Part shown: positions 49,299 to 58,848 of the stretch, piece by piece
How positions within the stretch are numbered: the first letter of the stretch is position 1
Layout: every line of letters starts with the position of its first letter
Source of the DNA: Chthonomonas calidirosea
Lineage (GTDB): Bacteria > Armatimonadota > Fimbriimonadia > Fimbriimonadales > Fimbriimonadaceae
Direction of reading: 5' to 3'
Assembly: GCA_945859975.1 (NCBI GenBank)
Contig: CAMAPH010000002.1
Location: forward strand, 32,001 to 96,000
Length of the DNA stretch: 64,000 bases
Notes under the pieces: generated by a model
The model's input: only the letters and a program-made list of their open reading frames with translations
Database searches by the model: none
Told to the model about the DNA's origin: nothing
Position numbers and translations under genes: made by a program

Positions 49299-50273
49299 AT
49301 GAGCCAGCTGATGTACTTCGATCCGTCGTGCCTGCTGGCTCAAGCCATTGGTTCCCGTGAGTTCATCGACAAAGTTGCCCGAACTCCGCTCAGCGAGATC
49401 TTCTACCTATCGCTGGCCCTAACCATTCTTCGGTTGGCCGCGTACCCGATTCTCGCAAAGACCGAAATCCACAAACGCGGCTTTATCTACAAGATCGCGA
49501 AGTTCCTGAACGAGTTCTTCGACGCCGTCATCTATGCCGGCGTGTTTGTGTTCATGCTCATCCGGCCCTTCGCATTGCAAGCCTTTGTCATTCCTTCGGG
49601 ATCCATGTGGCCGACCCTGTATGTGAACGACCTGATCGTGCTGAACAAAGCGGTGTATCGTTTCTCTAAGCCGAAGGTTGGCGATATTGTCGTCTTCCGA
49701 CCGCCAGTGGAAGCACTGCAAGCCTCGCAGTTGTACGAAGACGGTCAGCCTAAGGTTGACTACATCAAGCGATGCGTCGGCGTGCCAGGCGACGTGGTTG
49801 AACTCCGCGAAGGCGTTCTTTACCGCAATGGGAAAGAGGTCGAGGAACCACACAAGAATCTGACTGACTGTCCAGATCGCCGGGGTTGTGAAAACAACTA
49901 CGTCACCTTGACCCCAGAGCAGATTGCCGAGCGGACCCGAGCCAGCTTCAAACTTGTAAAGCGCGGCGACAAAATCATTCCGTTTAACTACACCGAGTTC
50001 GACGCCAATGCTGCGATCCCGATGTCGAAGTCTTGGTCCGAAGGTCCAGCCTATGCCGTTGCTGGCGCATACGTCATTCCGGATGTTGAAGAAGCGAAGC
50101 GACTTAAGGATTCCCCCGCAGAGATGTTGCCAACGGGCTACTACCTCTTCATGGGCGATAACCGAAACTACTCCTTCGACGGCCGTGGCTGGGGCATCGT
50201 GCCCGAGTCGGAGATCGTCGGCCGAGCCGAAGCCATCTGGTTCCCGCTAAATCGAATCCGCCTCACGAAGTGA
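49299..50273 (+). CDS. lepB: Signal peptidase I
   Basis: IPSGSMWPTL, YIKRCVG, MGDNRNYSFDGR. Start 49299 or 49311. Confidence 0.93.
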   Translation: MSQLMYFDPSCLLAQAIGSREFIDKVARTPLSEIFYLSLALTILRLAAYPILAKTEIHKRGFIYKIAKFLNEFFDAVIYAGVFVFMLIRPFALQAFVIPSGSMWPTLYVNDLIVLNKAVYRFSKPKVGDIVVFRPPVEALQASQLYEDGQPKVDYIKRCVGVPGDVVELREGVLYRNGKEVEEPHKNLTDCPDRRGCENNYVTLTPEQIAERTRASFKLVKRGDKIIPFNYTEFDANAAIPMSKSWSEGPAYAVAGAYVIPDVEEAKRLKDSPAEMLPTGYYLFMGDNRNYSFDGRGWGIVPESEIVGRAEAIWFPLNRIRLTK

Positions 50274-50354
50274 CTATAAGGCCCCGAGCGTGGGTCGCTT
50301 CGTTTGTTGTTGCTACAGTCGCCGAATTCTAGATCGATTACTGATCGTAATTAC

Positions 50355-50657
50355 TCAGCCCGGCTGACACGAACCCAGCGCAATCAAGATTTGACCAACG
50401 AGAGCGCGGGTGGCCCTTGGTCCTTGACCTTCGGGTTGAACGACGTAAACCGCAATTGAGCGCTTCGAAATGTCGTGATCTTTGGGAATTCCGGCATCAA
50501 ACGTCAGAAGGACATCAAATCCGGCATCAACGGCTAGAGCTAGCAGTTCCCCGTTTTTAGTTCCCTTCCAGCCGAGGCTAACCACATGCGCGCACTCGTG
50601 TCCAATGAAGTCTTTGACCAGCTCAAGCGGGAAGTTTTCGTCCAGCAAAACCCGCAT
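50355..50657 (-). CDS. DUF5615 PIN-like toxin (VapC45-like), possibly C-terminally truncated
   Basis: MRVLLDENFP, GWKGTKNGELL, FDVLLTFD; TAATG coupling with the upstream gene. Confidence 0.85.
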   Translation of the reverse strand: MRVLLDENFPLELVKDFIGHECAHVVSLGWKGTKNGELLALAVDAGFDVLLTFDAGIPKDHDISKRSIAVYVVQPEGQGPRATRALVGQILIALGSCQPG

Positions 50658-50899
50658 TAGCCTACGAGTTGCAAGCCAGCCGCTTCACGGATTGCGCTGT
50701 TTTCCCATTCAAGAACGGCTTCGACCTGCTCCCTGGTGATGCTGGGATAGTTCTCGAGAAAGTCATGAAGTCCGACGCCTTCCTTTAGGTTGTCTAAGAA
50801 AACCGTAAGTGGAACGCGGGTTCCTTTGAAACACAACGCCCCGTGCATGATCTCAGGATCGATGGTGAGAACGCTTTCTAAGCCTGTGGGTACCGTCAT
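50657..50899 (-). CDS. DUF433 antitoxin-like protein
   Basis: IDPEIMHGALCFKGTRVP...FLENYPSITREQVEAVLEW. Confidence 0.9.
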   Translation of the reverse strand: MTVPTGLESVLTIDPEIMHGALCFKGTRVPLTVFLDNLKEGVGLHDFLENYPSITREQVEAVLEWENSAIREAAGLQLVG

Positions 50900-50979
50900 C
50901 TCTCATTACAGCGTACGGCATTATTGGCTCCAACGCATGCCGAAAGCGCCTGTGGAAAAAATCGTCACGGGGCGGTTAA

Positions 50980-51055
<76 letters not shown>

Positions 51056-51094
51056 CAGCGCCTATAGGGTACCGCCGCGAACCATAATATGGAC

Positions 51095-52561
51095 ATGACG
51101 CCGACGTCGCATTTTGCTCCTGAAGACTTCATTGGCGACGATGCCCTGATGATCGAGACCGCCGAACGGTTCTCTCGCGAAGAAGTCGTCCCGCGCGCTG
51201 AGGCCATCGACCATCAGGAGCCCGGCCTGATGCCGCGGCTGATCCGCGAAGCCGGACAACTTGGACTATGCGGGATCGACACCGCCGATGCCTACGGCGG
51301 ACTCGGACAGAGCAAGAACCTCGCGGCACGGATGCTGGAAATGCTCAGCCTCAACGGCTCATTCAGCGTTACCTACGGCATCACCAGTGGCATCAGCCAA
51401 GTCGGCCTGTCCCTCTTCGGAACGGACGCCCAAAAAGCCCAGTGGCTCCCCGCTCTCGCCATGGGAGATCAAATCGGTGCCTACTGCCTGAGCGAACCGA
51501 ACAGCGGCTCCGACGCCCTCAGCGCCACCACAAAAGCTATTCCTCACAATGGCGGCTACTCGCTGACTGGCACGAAGATGTGGATCAGCAACGCCCAATG
51601 GGCCGATGTCTTCCTCGTGATGGCCAAGGTGGATGGCGAAAAGTTCTCCGCCTTCCTGGTTCCGCGAAACACCGACGGACTAACGGTCGAGCGCGAAGAG
51701 TACAAGATGGGTCTCAAAGGATCCAGCACTGCCCGGGTCACTCTGAACGATGCCTGGATCCCGGCCGAGAACCTTCTTCACGAAGAAGGCAAAGGCCACC
51801 AAGTCGCCTTCAACGCTCTCAATATTGGCCGCTTCAAGCTGGCCAGCATGAGCATCGGGCCCGCTCGCTACGCTATCGAGATTGCCGCCGAGTACGCCAA
51901 GAACCGAAAGCAGTTCGGCCAATCCCTCGCTTCCTTCGGGATGATCCAAGAAAAGTTCGCCCGCATGGCGGCGCTGTTCTATGGCGCCGAAAGCGCGATC
52001 TATCGAGTTGGAGCGTTGATCGACGATGCCTTTGCTGAAACCGGCGGAACCATCGATGGCAACCGGAAAGCCGCGGAGAAGTACGCCATCCAGTGCGCGA
52101 TGGTCAAGGTCTTCAGCACGGAAGCCGAGTCTGAGATCGTTGACGAAGCACTTCAGGTCTATGGAGGCTATGGCTTCACGGAAGAGTTCCCCATTGCTCG
52201 CGTTTACCGCGACGCCCGCGTGAGCCGAATTTACGAAGGAACGAACGAGATCAACCGTCTTTTCATCGCCGGACGCCTGGCGAAGGAAGGCGTCATTCCT
52301 CCTTTCGAACGCCAAACCGAGCAAGCCGCCGCGGCTGATCTTGCCATGTACGACTTCATCCTCGAATCCGCAAGATTGAGAAGCGAACGATTCCCTTCTC
52401 TTGCCCCGCTGCATGACGTTCTGACCGAGATTCTTGCACCCAAGCGCATCTTGGCGAACTCACGGATCAAAGGCGATGGAGACATTGACTTCCCAGAACC
52501 GGACGTCGAGGCCATCGGCGCGGCCACGCTTGAGCGTGGCCGGCCTTGGTCCGGAGTTTAG
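51095..52561 (+). CDS. Acyl-CoA dehydrogenase
   Basis: YCLSEPNSGSDA, GTKMWISN, YGGYGF, RIYEGTNEI. Start 51095 (CATAAT-N6) or 51089. Confidence 0.94.
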   Translation: MTPTSHFAPEDFIGDDALMIETAERFSREEVVPRAEAIDHQEPGLMPRLIREAGQLGLCGIDTADAYGGLGQSKNLAARMLEMLSLNGSFSVTYGITSGISQVGLSLFGTDAQKAQWLPALAMGDQIGAYCLSEPNSGSDALSATTKAIPHNGGYSLTGTKMWISNAQWADVFLVMAKVDGEKFSAFLVPRNTDGLTVEREEYKMGLKGSSTARVTLNDAWIPAENLLHEEGKGHQVAFNALNIGRFKLASMSIGPARYAIEIAAEYAKNRKQFGQSLASFGMIQEKFARMAALFYGAESAIYRVGALIDDAFAETGGTIDGNRKAAEKYAIQCAMVKVFSTEAESEIVDEALQVYGGYGFTEEFPIARVYRDARVSRIYEGTNEINRLFIAGRLAKEGVIPPFERQTEQAAAADLAMYDFILESARLRSERFPSLAPLHDVLTEILAPKRILANSRIKGDGDIDFPEPDVEAIGAATLERGRPWSGV

Positions 52562-52953
52562 GACGGATCGAATCGAAGGTTGATTCGGTAATCCTCGCCT
52601 TCAACGGTGACATTTTTAAAGTCAAATGCCCAGCGAGTTGGGTTGCCGATTGAGCCCTTGAACGCGAAAATGAGAGCTGCATCTGCGTCCAACTCGCCAT
52701 TCACAAGGACCTTAGCTTTCGAAGTTGAGTGGTGCTTTGCTGCGACGTTAATCTCGACATCCGCACCATCTTCTCCTTTGAAAGAGACGGTGGCGTTGAT
52801 CTCAACTGGAGAGGCCACAAGGGCAGTAACAGTGCCAGGAACACTTTTTCCATCGTATTGAACCGAGAGCACGGACCACTTAGAAGCATCACCAATCTGG
52901 TCGAAACCTCCAGGAAGCTGTTTGAGAAGTTCGAGAATCGCTTGTAGATTCAT
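52558..52953 (-). CDS. Hypothetical protein (131 aa), lower GC
   Basis: Intact ORF with an AT-rich upstream flank; no motif recognised. Confidence 0.65.
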   Translation of the reverse strand: MNLQAILELLKQLPGGFDQIGDASKWSVLSVQYDGKSVPGTVTALVASPVEINATVSFKGEDGADVEINVAAKHHSTSKAKVLVNGELDADAALIFAFKGSIGNPTRWAFDFKNVTVEGEDYRINLRFDPS

Positions 52954-53057
52954 AACAACATCACCATAACCTTTTGAATATATTATTTCAAGTTAATAAT
53001 TCTTAACATTGGGTCCTTTCGACCCGTTGCTCGGCAAACGCGCTTTAGACTAGACGC

Positions 53058-54065
53058 ATGCTTGCATCGTTGCTCCTTGGCTCGCTTCTCGTCCAGACCC
53101 CATCTTCCCTTCCGCCCATCGGCCTTGCGCTGAATGTGAAGGAGAGCGCCAGAGAAGAGGACTTCCTCGACAGTGCTCGTGAGCAAATCCGCTTCGGGCT
53201 CACAGCAAGTACCGTTTCGTATAGCTGGAACGAACTAGAGCCAACGCCCGGAGCATTCGATCTCAAGAAGGCCGATGACTCCATCGGAATCGCAAAGTTT
53301 GTGGGAGGCGATGCATACGTCACGATCAAGGTTCTCGACACCACCAACAAAATCCTTCCCGAGGACCTGAAGGGTCAAGCGTTGAATTCGCCAGAAGTCA
53401 AAGAGCGGTTCGCCACCCTCCTCCGAAACCTGCTCTCTCGGTTCAACAACAAGGTCAAGGCAATCAGTCTTGGCAATGAAGTCGATGTGTATCTGACCGC
53501 TCACCCGGAAGAAGTGCCCGCCTACTTGGATTTCCTTGCCGCCGGACGGGCCGTTCTAAAGGAGAGCGCGCCGGATATGAAATCTGGCGTGACCACAACC
53601 TTCGAAGGGCTGCAGCAGAATCGCCCCTTGATCGAAAAGCTCCAGAACGGCAGCGACGTCGTCTTCATGACCTACTATGCGACCAAGCCGGACTTCAGCC
53701 CGCAACCTCTCTCGGAGGTCCCAAAGAACTTCAGCACGATGCTCAGCTTCGCGGGCAGCCGCAAGCTCGCCCTCCAAGAAATAGGGCTACCAGCCTCAGA
53801 AACGCTCTCCAGCAGCGAGGACATCCAGGCGAAGTTCGTGACCACGGTCTTCGACCTCCTTCGCAAGCACAAGAGCCAGATTGAAATGGCGACGTACTTC
53901 ATTCAAGTCGACTTCAACCGCGACTTGCTGGATGTTTACGCGAAGTACTACGGCTCCGACGATCCTCGATTCCGTGCGTTCTTAGGCACGCTCGGACTCC
54001 GCAAAGCAGACGGAACACCCCGAAAGGCGCACGCAGAATTCAAGAAACAGCTTCAACAAGGCTGA
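53058..54065 (+). CDS. Secreted clan GH-A-like glycoside hydrolase
   Basis: Signal peptide; WNELEPTPG.FD, SLGNEVD (acid/base), LQEIG (nucleophile). Confidence 0.75.
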   Translation: MLASLLLGSLLVQTPSSLPPIGLALNVKESAREEDFLDSAREQIRFGLTASTVSYSWNELEPTPGAFDLKKADDSIGIAKFVGGDAYVTIKVLDTTNKILPEDLKGQALNSPEVKERFATLLRNLLSRFNNKVKAISLGNEVDVYLTAHPEEVPAYLDFLAAGRAVLKESAPDMKSGVTTTFEGLQQNRPLIEKLQNGSDVVFMTYYATKPDFSPQPLSEVPKNFSTMLSFAGSRKLALQEIGLPASETLSSSEDIQAKFVTTVFDLLRKHKSQIEMATYFIQVDFNRDLLDVYAKYYGSDDPRFRAFLGTLGLRKADGTPRKAHAEFKKQLQQG

Positions 54066-54102
54066 AATCCGAACGGTAATTAGGGTGCCTGAAACTTTGT
54101 CT

Positions 54103-54131
54103 TTGCATGATTTCAAATAATTGAGGATAAT
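54103..54131 (+). promoter_or_regulatory. Putative glnA promoter
   Basis: TTGCAT-N17-GATAAT. Confidence 0.5.
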
Positions 54132-54206
54132 CCTCGTAATCGTTCGGCAGTGTAGGCGAGCGGGTATCTGCCTCGACCTGCGTCGGGGCATCTATTTGGA
54201 GCAACA

Positions 54207-55616
54207 ATGACGCCATCAGACGCCCTGAGTTACATTCAAGAAAACGACGCCCAGTTCGTTGAGATTCGGTTTACCGACCTGCTCGGAACGTGGCAGCACT
54301 TCACCGTTCCGGTGGACCACTTCGATCACGACAAGTTCGAAGACGGCCTCGCCTTCGACGGCTCGAGCATCCGCGGTTTCCAGGCCATCAACGAGTCGGA
54401 CATGCTGCTGATCCCGGATCCAACGACCCTGTTCATGGACCCGTTCACCGATGCTCCGACTGCGGTCGTCATCTGCAACATCGAAGACCCGCTCACCCGA
54501 CAGCCATACGGAAAGGACCCACGCTTCACCGCCATTAAGGCCGAGCAGTACCTGAAGTCCACCGGAATCGGCGACACGGTCTACTTCGGACCAGAAGCTG
54601 AGTTCTTCGTTTTCGACAGCCTTCGCTACTCCACCAAGCCAGAGGACACCTTCGTTAAGATCGAATCGGACGAAGCTCACTGGAACAGCGGTTCGGAAAG
54701 CGGCACCGGTTACACGATTAAGCCAAAGGGTGGCTACTTCCCTTGCGCGCCGGTCGACAAGCTTCAGGACCTGCGATCGCTCATGGCGCTCAAGATGCAG
54801 GACGTTGGCATCAACGTCGAAATGCACCACCACGAAGTCGCCACCGCCGGTCAGTGCGAAATTGACATGCGGTTCGACACCCTTGTGAAGATGGCCGACC
54901 AGGTCATGAAGTACAAGTACGTGGTTAAGAACACTGCCTACCAGCAGGGCTTCTTCGCGACCTTCATGCCAAAGCCGCTCTTCGGAGACAACGGTTCCGG
55001 TATGCACTGCCACCAGTCGATCTGGAAGAACGGAGACCCGACCTTCTACGACGAAGCTGGCTACGCTGGCCTCAGCGACAACGCGCGATGGTACATCGGC
55101 GGCATCCTCAAGCACGCTCCTGCGCTGCTTGCCTTCGCTGCTCCAACCACCAACTCGTACCGACGACTGGTTCCAGGCTACGAAGCTCCGATCAACTTGA
55201 TCTACTCGGCTCGAAACCGATCGGCTTGCGTTCGAATCCCGATGGTCAGCAAGTCGCCAAAGGCGAAGCGAATCGAGTTCCGCGCTCCAGACCCAATGGC
55301 CAACCCGTACTTAACGTTCGCGGCGCTGTTGATGGCTGGCCTCGACGGCATCATGAACAAGATTGAGCCACCGAAGCCAATCGACAAGGACCTGTACGAA
55401 CTGCCGCCGCTCGAAAAGGCTGGCATCGAACAGACTCCAGGCTCCCTCCGAGCTACCCTCACCGCGTTGGCGAACGACCACGAGTTCTTGCTCCGTGGCG
55501 ACGTCTTCTCGAAGGAGCTCATCGAGAGCTACATCGAGTACAAGCTCGAACACGAATGCGATGCGGTCGACCTCCGACCACATCCATACGAGTACTACCT
55601 GTACGCGAGCGAGTAA
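54207..55616 (+). CDS. glnA: Glutamine synthetase type I
   Basis: FDGSSIRGF, HHEVATAGQCE, FMPKPLFGDNGSGMH, RIEFRAPDP, DLYELP (adenylylation-site Tyr). Confidence 0.98.
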   Translation: MTPSDALSYIQENDAQFVEIRFTDLLGTWQHFTVPVDHFDHDKFEDGLAFDGSSIRGFQAINESDMLLIPDPTTLFMDPFTDAPTAVVICNIEDPLTRQPYGKDPRFTAIKAEQYLKSTGIGDTVYFGPEAEFFVFDSLRYSTKPEDTFVKIESDEAHWNSGSESGTGYTIKPKGGYFPCAPVDKLQDLRSLMALKMQDVGINVEMHHHEVATAGQCEIDMRFDTLVKMADQVMKYKYVVKNTAYQQGFFATFMPKPLFGDNGSGMHCHQSIWKNGDPTFYDEAGYAGLSDNARWYIGGILKHAPALLAFAAPTTNSYRRLVPGYEAPINLIYSARNRSACVRIPMVSKSPKAKRIEFRAPDPMANPYLTFAALLMAGLDGIMNKIEPPKPIDKDLYELPPLEKAGIEQTPGSLRATLTALANDHEFLLRGDVFSKELIESYIEYKLEHECDAVDLRPHPYEYYLYASE

Positions 55617-55626
55617 GAACACTTCC

Positions 55627-55651
55627 GTGCTCCCCGGGATTCGGGGAGCAC
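55627..55651 (+). terminator. Hairpin after glnA (possible terminator)
   Basis: 10-bp stem GTGCTCCCCG/CGGGGAGCAC with no clear U-tract. Confidence 0.5.
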
Positions 55652-55753
55652 AAGTAGATTGCCTTCAAACATGTCACCGAAGGCGATAGGCAGAAAGGCA
55701 CAATTGTTGCCACCCGCCGACCAAACATCGGAAGTTAAACTGTCCTGAAAGAT

Positions 55754-55984
55754 ATGCAGCCAAGCGATCCAAAGATCCCGGCCAGCGAAGAACAAGGTAC
55801 GGCGGAAATCTCCGTTAGAGAACCTCAGAGGCCTTACGACGCTTCCTATATCCAAGTGGACATGCTGGAAGACAGCCTTCTCATGACACCACTACAACGA
55901 GTTCAGTTTCACCAGGGAGCTCTCGATCTAAGATTGTTGCTCGCGGAGGCAGGAAAGCGTGCAGGGCTTAATCCAAATCCTTAG
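55754..55984 (+). CDS. Small hypothetical protein, putative antitoxin
   Basis: VDMLEDSLLMTPLQRVQFH; overlaps the nucleotidyltransferase start. Confidence 0.6.
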   Translation: MQPSDPKIPASEEQGTAEISVREPQRPYDASYIQVDMLEDSLLMTPLQRVQFHQGALDLRLLLAEAGKRAGLNPNP

Positions 55985-56453
55985 TCGGCTCGAAGCCGAG
56001 AACGTGGACTACGTTGTTGTGGGCGGATTTGCGGCCGTCATTTATGGCAATCCTCGCGTCACCGTGGACATTGACATTTGTGTGACCCTGTCGCATGACA
56101 ACCTTCAGCGATTCGCTGATGCGATCAATCCCTTGGAGCCACGGACACGGAGAAACGGCGCTCGCATTGTCCTCGATTCCAAGCCATTAGGCGGAGAGTT
56201 TTCAAAGATCTACACAAGCGCCGGCGAATTGGACGTAATGCATCGACTGACCGGTGTAGAGAGTTTTCAAGCCTTGAGAGATCGGTCGGTGATCTTTGAC
56301 CTAGGAGCACACACGGTTCGAGTCGCCCACATCGACGACCTGATCGCGATGAAAGAAGCCGCCGGGCGGCCGCATGACCTGCAGGACGCGGCTAACTTAC
56401 GATGGTTGCGGGACGAGACGGCGCGACGCGCTGCTCAATCGCCTGACGAGTAG
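55959..56453 (+). CDS. Nucleotidyltransferase (pol-beta-like, DUF6036/AbiEii-related)
   Basis: VVVGGFAAVIYG...TVDIDI, LDV, LIAMKEAAGRPHDLQD. Confidence 0.85.
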   Translation: MQGLIQILSRLEAENVDYVVVGGFAAVIYGNPRVTVDIDICVTLSHDNLQRFADAINPLEPRTRRNGARIVLDSKPLGGEFSKIYTSAGELDVMHRLTGVESFQALRDRSVIFDLGAHTVRVAHIDDLIAMKEAAGRPHDLQDAANLRWLRDETARRAAQSPDE

Positions 56454-57426
56454 CTTCTTGCGCAATCTCCATCGCGCGCATTCCCGATTCGACATCGGGC
56501 AAATCTCCAATCGATCCTGTTTGGATGGCATCACGCCATGCCTCGTACATTCCCTCGAAGTTCTTTTCAGAAGCTCCCGGCACCGCACGGGTGTTGCTCC
56601 CGTCCAAGATTTCTAGCTTCCAACCCTCACGGTTGTATCGAATCACCCCGCCTGTTCCGATCAATTCATACGTAAACGTGGAGGTTGGCTCTTTCGCCGT
56701 GTGGCCGTAAGTGAAGCTCATATCCACCATAGTGTGTGCGCCAGATTCGTGGTCTAAGTGGGCGTACACGTGATCTGGTGCTTCGTAGTTGCTTACCCAA
56801 GCTCCCGCGCCATGAATCCGGACGACCTCCGAACCGAGCCACCAGCGGGCTAGATCAATTTGATGGACTCCGCAATCCACCATCGGGCCGCCTTCGAGCA
56901 TTCTTCCTCGCCAGAGCGGGCTCTCAATCCACTTCCCGCTGCCGTCGTTCATCCATTGGCCGTGCAGGTTCCAAAGATAAACCAATCTCAGACTGCGGAC
57001 CTCGCCGATGACCCCTTCTCGCACCCAGCGCCGGATATCTTGCGCCGCGTGGCTGAATCGATACACGAGCCCAACCATCAGCAATCGATCCGCAAAGCTC
57101 ATGGCCCGGCACATTTCCTCGGCATGCTCTCGCGTAGTCGTGACCGGCTTCTCACAGAGCACGTGAACCTTTGCGGCGGCGGCGCGCAAGACGTTATCGT
57201 GATGCACTCCGACTGGAGAACAGATGCTCACGGCATCGAGAGGGTGGGCAAAAAATGCATCGAGATCGTCGAAAGGCTGACCGCCGTTCCGTTGGGTGAA
57301 CTCTTGAGCCTTACCGGGAACCGGGTCGTAGGCCGCAGCGAGCTCGACCCCGGAAGTCCGATGAATTGCGGGAGCGTGACCAAACCCGGCCACGCTCCCG
57401 CATCCGATAATCCCAACTCGAATCAC
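56392..57426 (-). CDS. Gfo/Idh/MocA family oxidoreductase
   Basis: VGIIGCG, HVLCEKP, GGPMVDCGVHQID. Confidence 0.93.
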   Translation of the reverse strand: MIRVGIIGCGSVAGFGHAPAIHRTSGVELAAAYDPVPGKAQEFTQRNGGQPFDDLDAFFAHPLDAVSICSPVGVHHDNVLRAAAAKVHVLCEKPVTTTREHAEEMCRAMSFADRLLMVGLVYRFSHAAQDIRRWVREGVIGEVRSLRLVYLWNLHGQWMNDGSGKWIESPLWRGRMLEGGPMVDCGVHQIDLARWWLGSEVVRIHGAGAWVSNYEAPDHVYAHLDHESGAHTMVDMSFTYGHTAKEPTSTFTYELIGTGGVIRYNREGWKLEILDGSNTRAVPGASEKNFEGMYEAWRDAIQTGSIGDLPDVESGMRAMEIAQEATRQAIEQRVAPSRPATIVS

Positions 57427-57430
57427 CGAA

Positions 57431-58345
57431 CTATCGTACCGGTGGAGCGAACGGTTCCGTCACCTTGGGCTGGCGCTTGCGAAGTGATCTTCGGAACCAG
57501 AGTCCAACCAAAAGCACCGGTAGCCAAATCGGTCCCATCGCGACAAACCACAACAAGACGGAAACGATGCTTTGAAGGGTCGACCGCATCGAAATCATGC
57601 TTTCACCCCAAGCCTGACTAAACCAGCCCGTGTCCTTTACCGGGGCCGTTGCATCTGCAGACTGAACCCAATTGACCGAGATGTTAGACATCGCAGCTTG
57701 CGCTCGCAAGGACTTGTGTTGGGCGGCCATGCCCTCAATCTCAGACCGCAGCCCCATCAACCGGTCGCTCAAGGCAATGTGATCTTCTAGTTTTCTCGCC
57801 GCTGCGAGCATTTGGCGGTACGAGTTCTCTTGAGCTCGCATGGTTTGTAGCCTTGCACCGAGGTCGGCGACTTGAGCGGTCACGTCCTGCGTTGTGATGG
57901 ACTGGCTGGTCCGGACGCCCTGAGCCTGCAGGAAATCGAGGGCCGAATAGAATTTTCCGGCAGGAACGCGCAACACCTGGGTGACCTGCGCTGATGGTGC
58001 CCCGAGACCCGAACCGGTGGATGATTCGACAAATCCTTCGTTGGTACGAAGCCACTCGGTCGCTTTGCGTTCAGCTTTTTCAACATCCACAACCCGGATG
58101 CTGATTTGGGCCGATTGGATAATGTCGCGGTTCTGAACCCTCGTTTGTACGCTTGCTTGGTTGGAAGCGAGCGTGCCGTCGGCCGACTTTGCGGCTGGTG
58201 AATTCGCTTCCGAGCTGAAAGCCGCCGAAGCGGCCTCGGGGCTGGACTTGACCGCGGTGGCGTAGTCTGCGGGTCCAGACTGGCTGCAACCAAAGCTGGC
58301 TACCCCGACTAACAGGGACGGGACGAAGAACTTTCCGGGCATCAT
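57431..58345 (-). CDS. DUF4349 domain lipoprotein
   Basis: Lipobox-like SFGC; IIQSAQISIRV, LRVPA, QDVTAQVADL.ARL; C-terminal TM. Confidence 0.85.
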   Translation of the reverse strand: MMPGKFFVPSLLVGVASFGCSQSGPADYATAVKSSPEAASAAFSSEANSPAAKSADGTLASNQASVQTRVQNRDIIQSAQISIRVVDVEKAERKATEWLRTNEGFVESSTGSGLGAPSAQVTQVLRVPAGKFYSALDFLQAQGVRTSQSITTQDVTAQVADLGARLQTMRAQENSYRQMLAAARKLEDHIALSDRLMGLRSEIEGMAAQHKSLRAQAAMSNISVNWVQSADATAPVKDTGWFSQAWGESMISMRSTLQSIVSVLLWFVAMGPIWLPVLLVGLWFRRSLRKRQPKVTEPFAPPVR

Positions 58346-58420
58346 TTCATAGCTCCAATTGCGCTGTGGTCCTGCGCACAATTGGAGTGTTAGAAACGCC
58401 AAGAAGCGTTCAAAGAATTT

Positions 58421-58795
58421 TTAGCGACCGGATTTTGAAGCCGGAGAACCCAGATTGCCTGGAGTTTCTTGGAAAGCCGGGGCGTTCTGGTTGCCGTGTC
58501 CAGCACGGTTCGCAACCGTCGGCTCGCCAGGCTGAAGGCCGGTGCCCTTTCCGGCTTCTCCGTAGGTCGTGGTGAGGCCTTGGGTCTGGCCGTTCTTGGC
58601 ACCTTCGGAGTACCGAGTCTTGATGTTCTGGCCACCGGTGGCGTTGGCGGTTCCGGCGAGAGCGTATTCGTCTCCCTTCCAGGTACCTGGCTCATTCGGA
58701 GTCGTTGCCGACTCAAAGCTCTCCCAGCTCTTGATCCGGCAACCGGACAGCAAAAGAACCGTCAAAACCGCGAGAAGTACTGAGCCTTTGCGCAC
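58421..58795 (-). CDS. Hypothetical lipoprotein
   Basis: MRKGSVLLAVLTVLLLSGC lipobox; Gly/Thr-rich low-complexity body. Confidence 0.8.
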   Translation of the reverse strand: MRKGSVLLAVLTVLLLSGCRIKSWESFESATTPNEPGTWKGDEYALAGTANATGGQNIKTRYSEGAKNGQTQGLTTTYGEAGKGTGLQPGEPTVANRAGHGNQNAPAFQETPGNLGSPASKSGR

Positions 58796-58848
58796 CCCTA
58801 AATGGTACCCGCGCGCACGAGATTGTGCGAAAGGCGTAAAGTTCCTGA

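Noticed and set aside
54136..54200. Glutamine (glnA) riboswitch, suggested by ATCGTTC upstream of glnA
   Set aside because: Lacks the GGAAGTA and GAAG.AACG core blocks; only simple hairpins are present.
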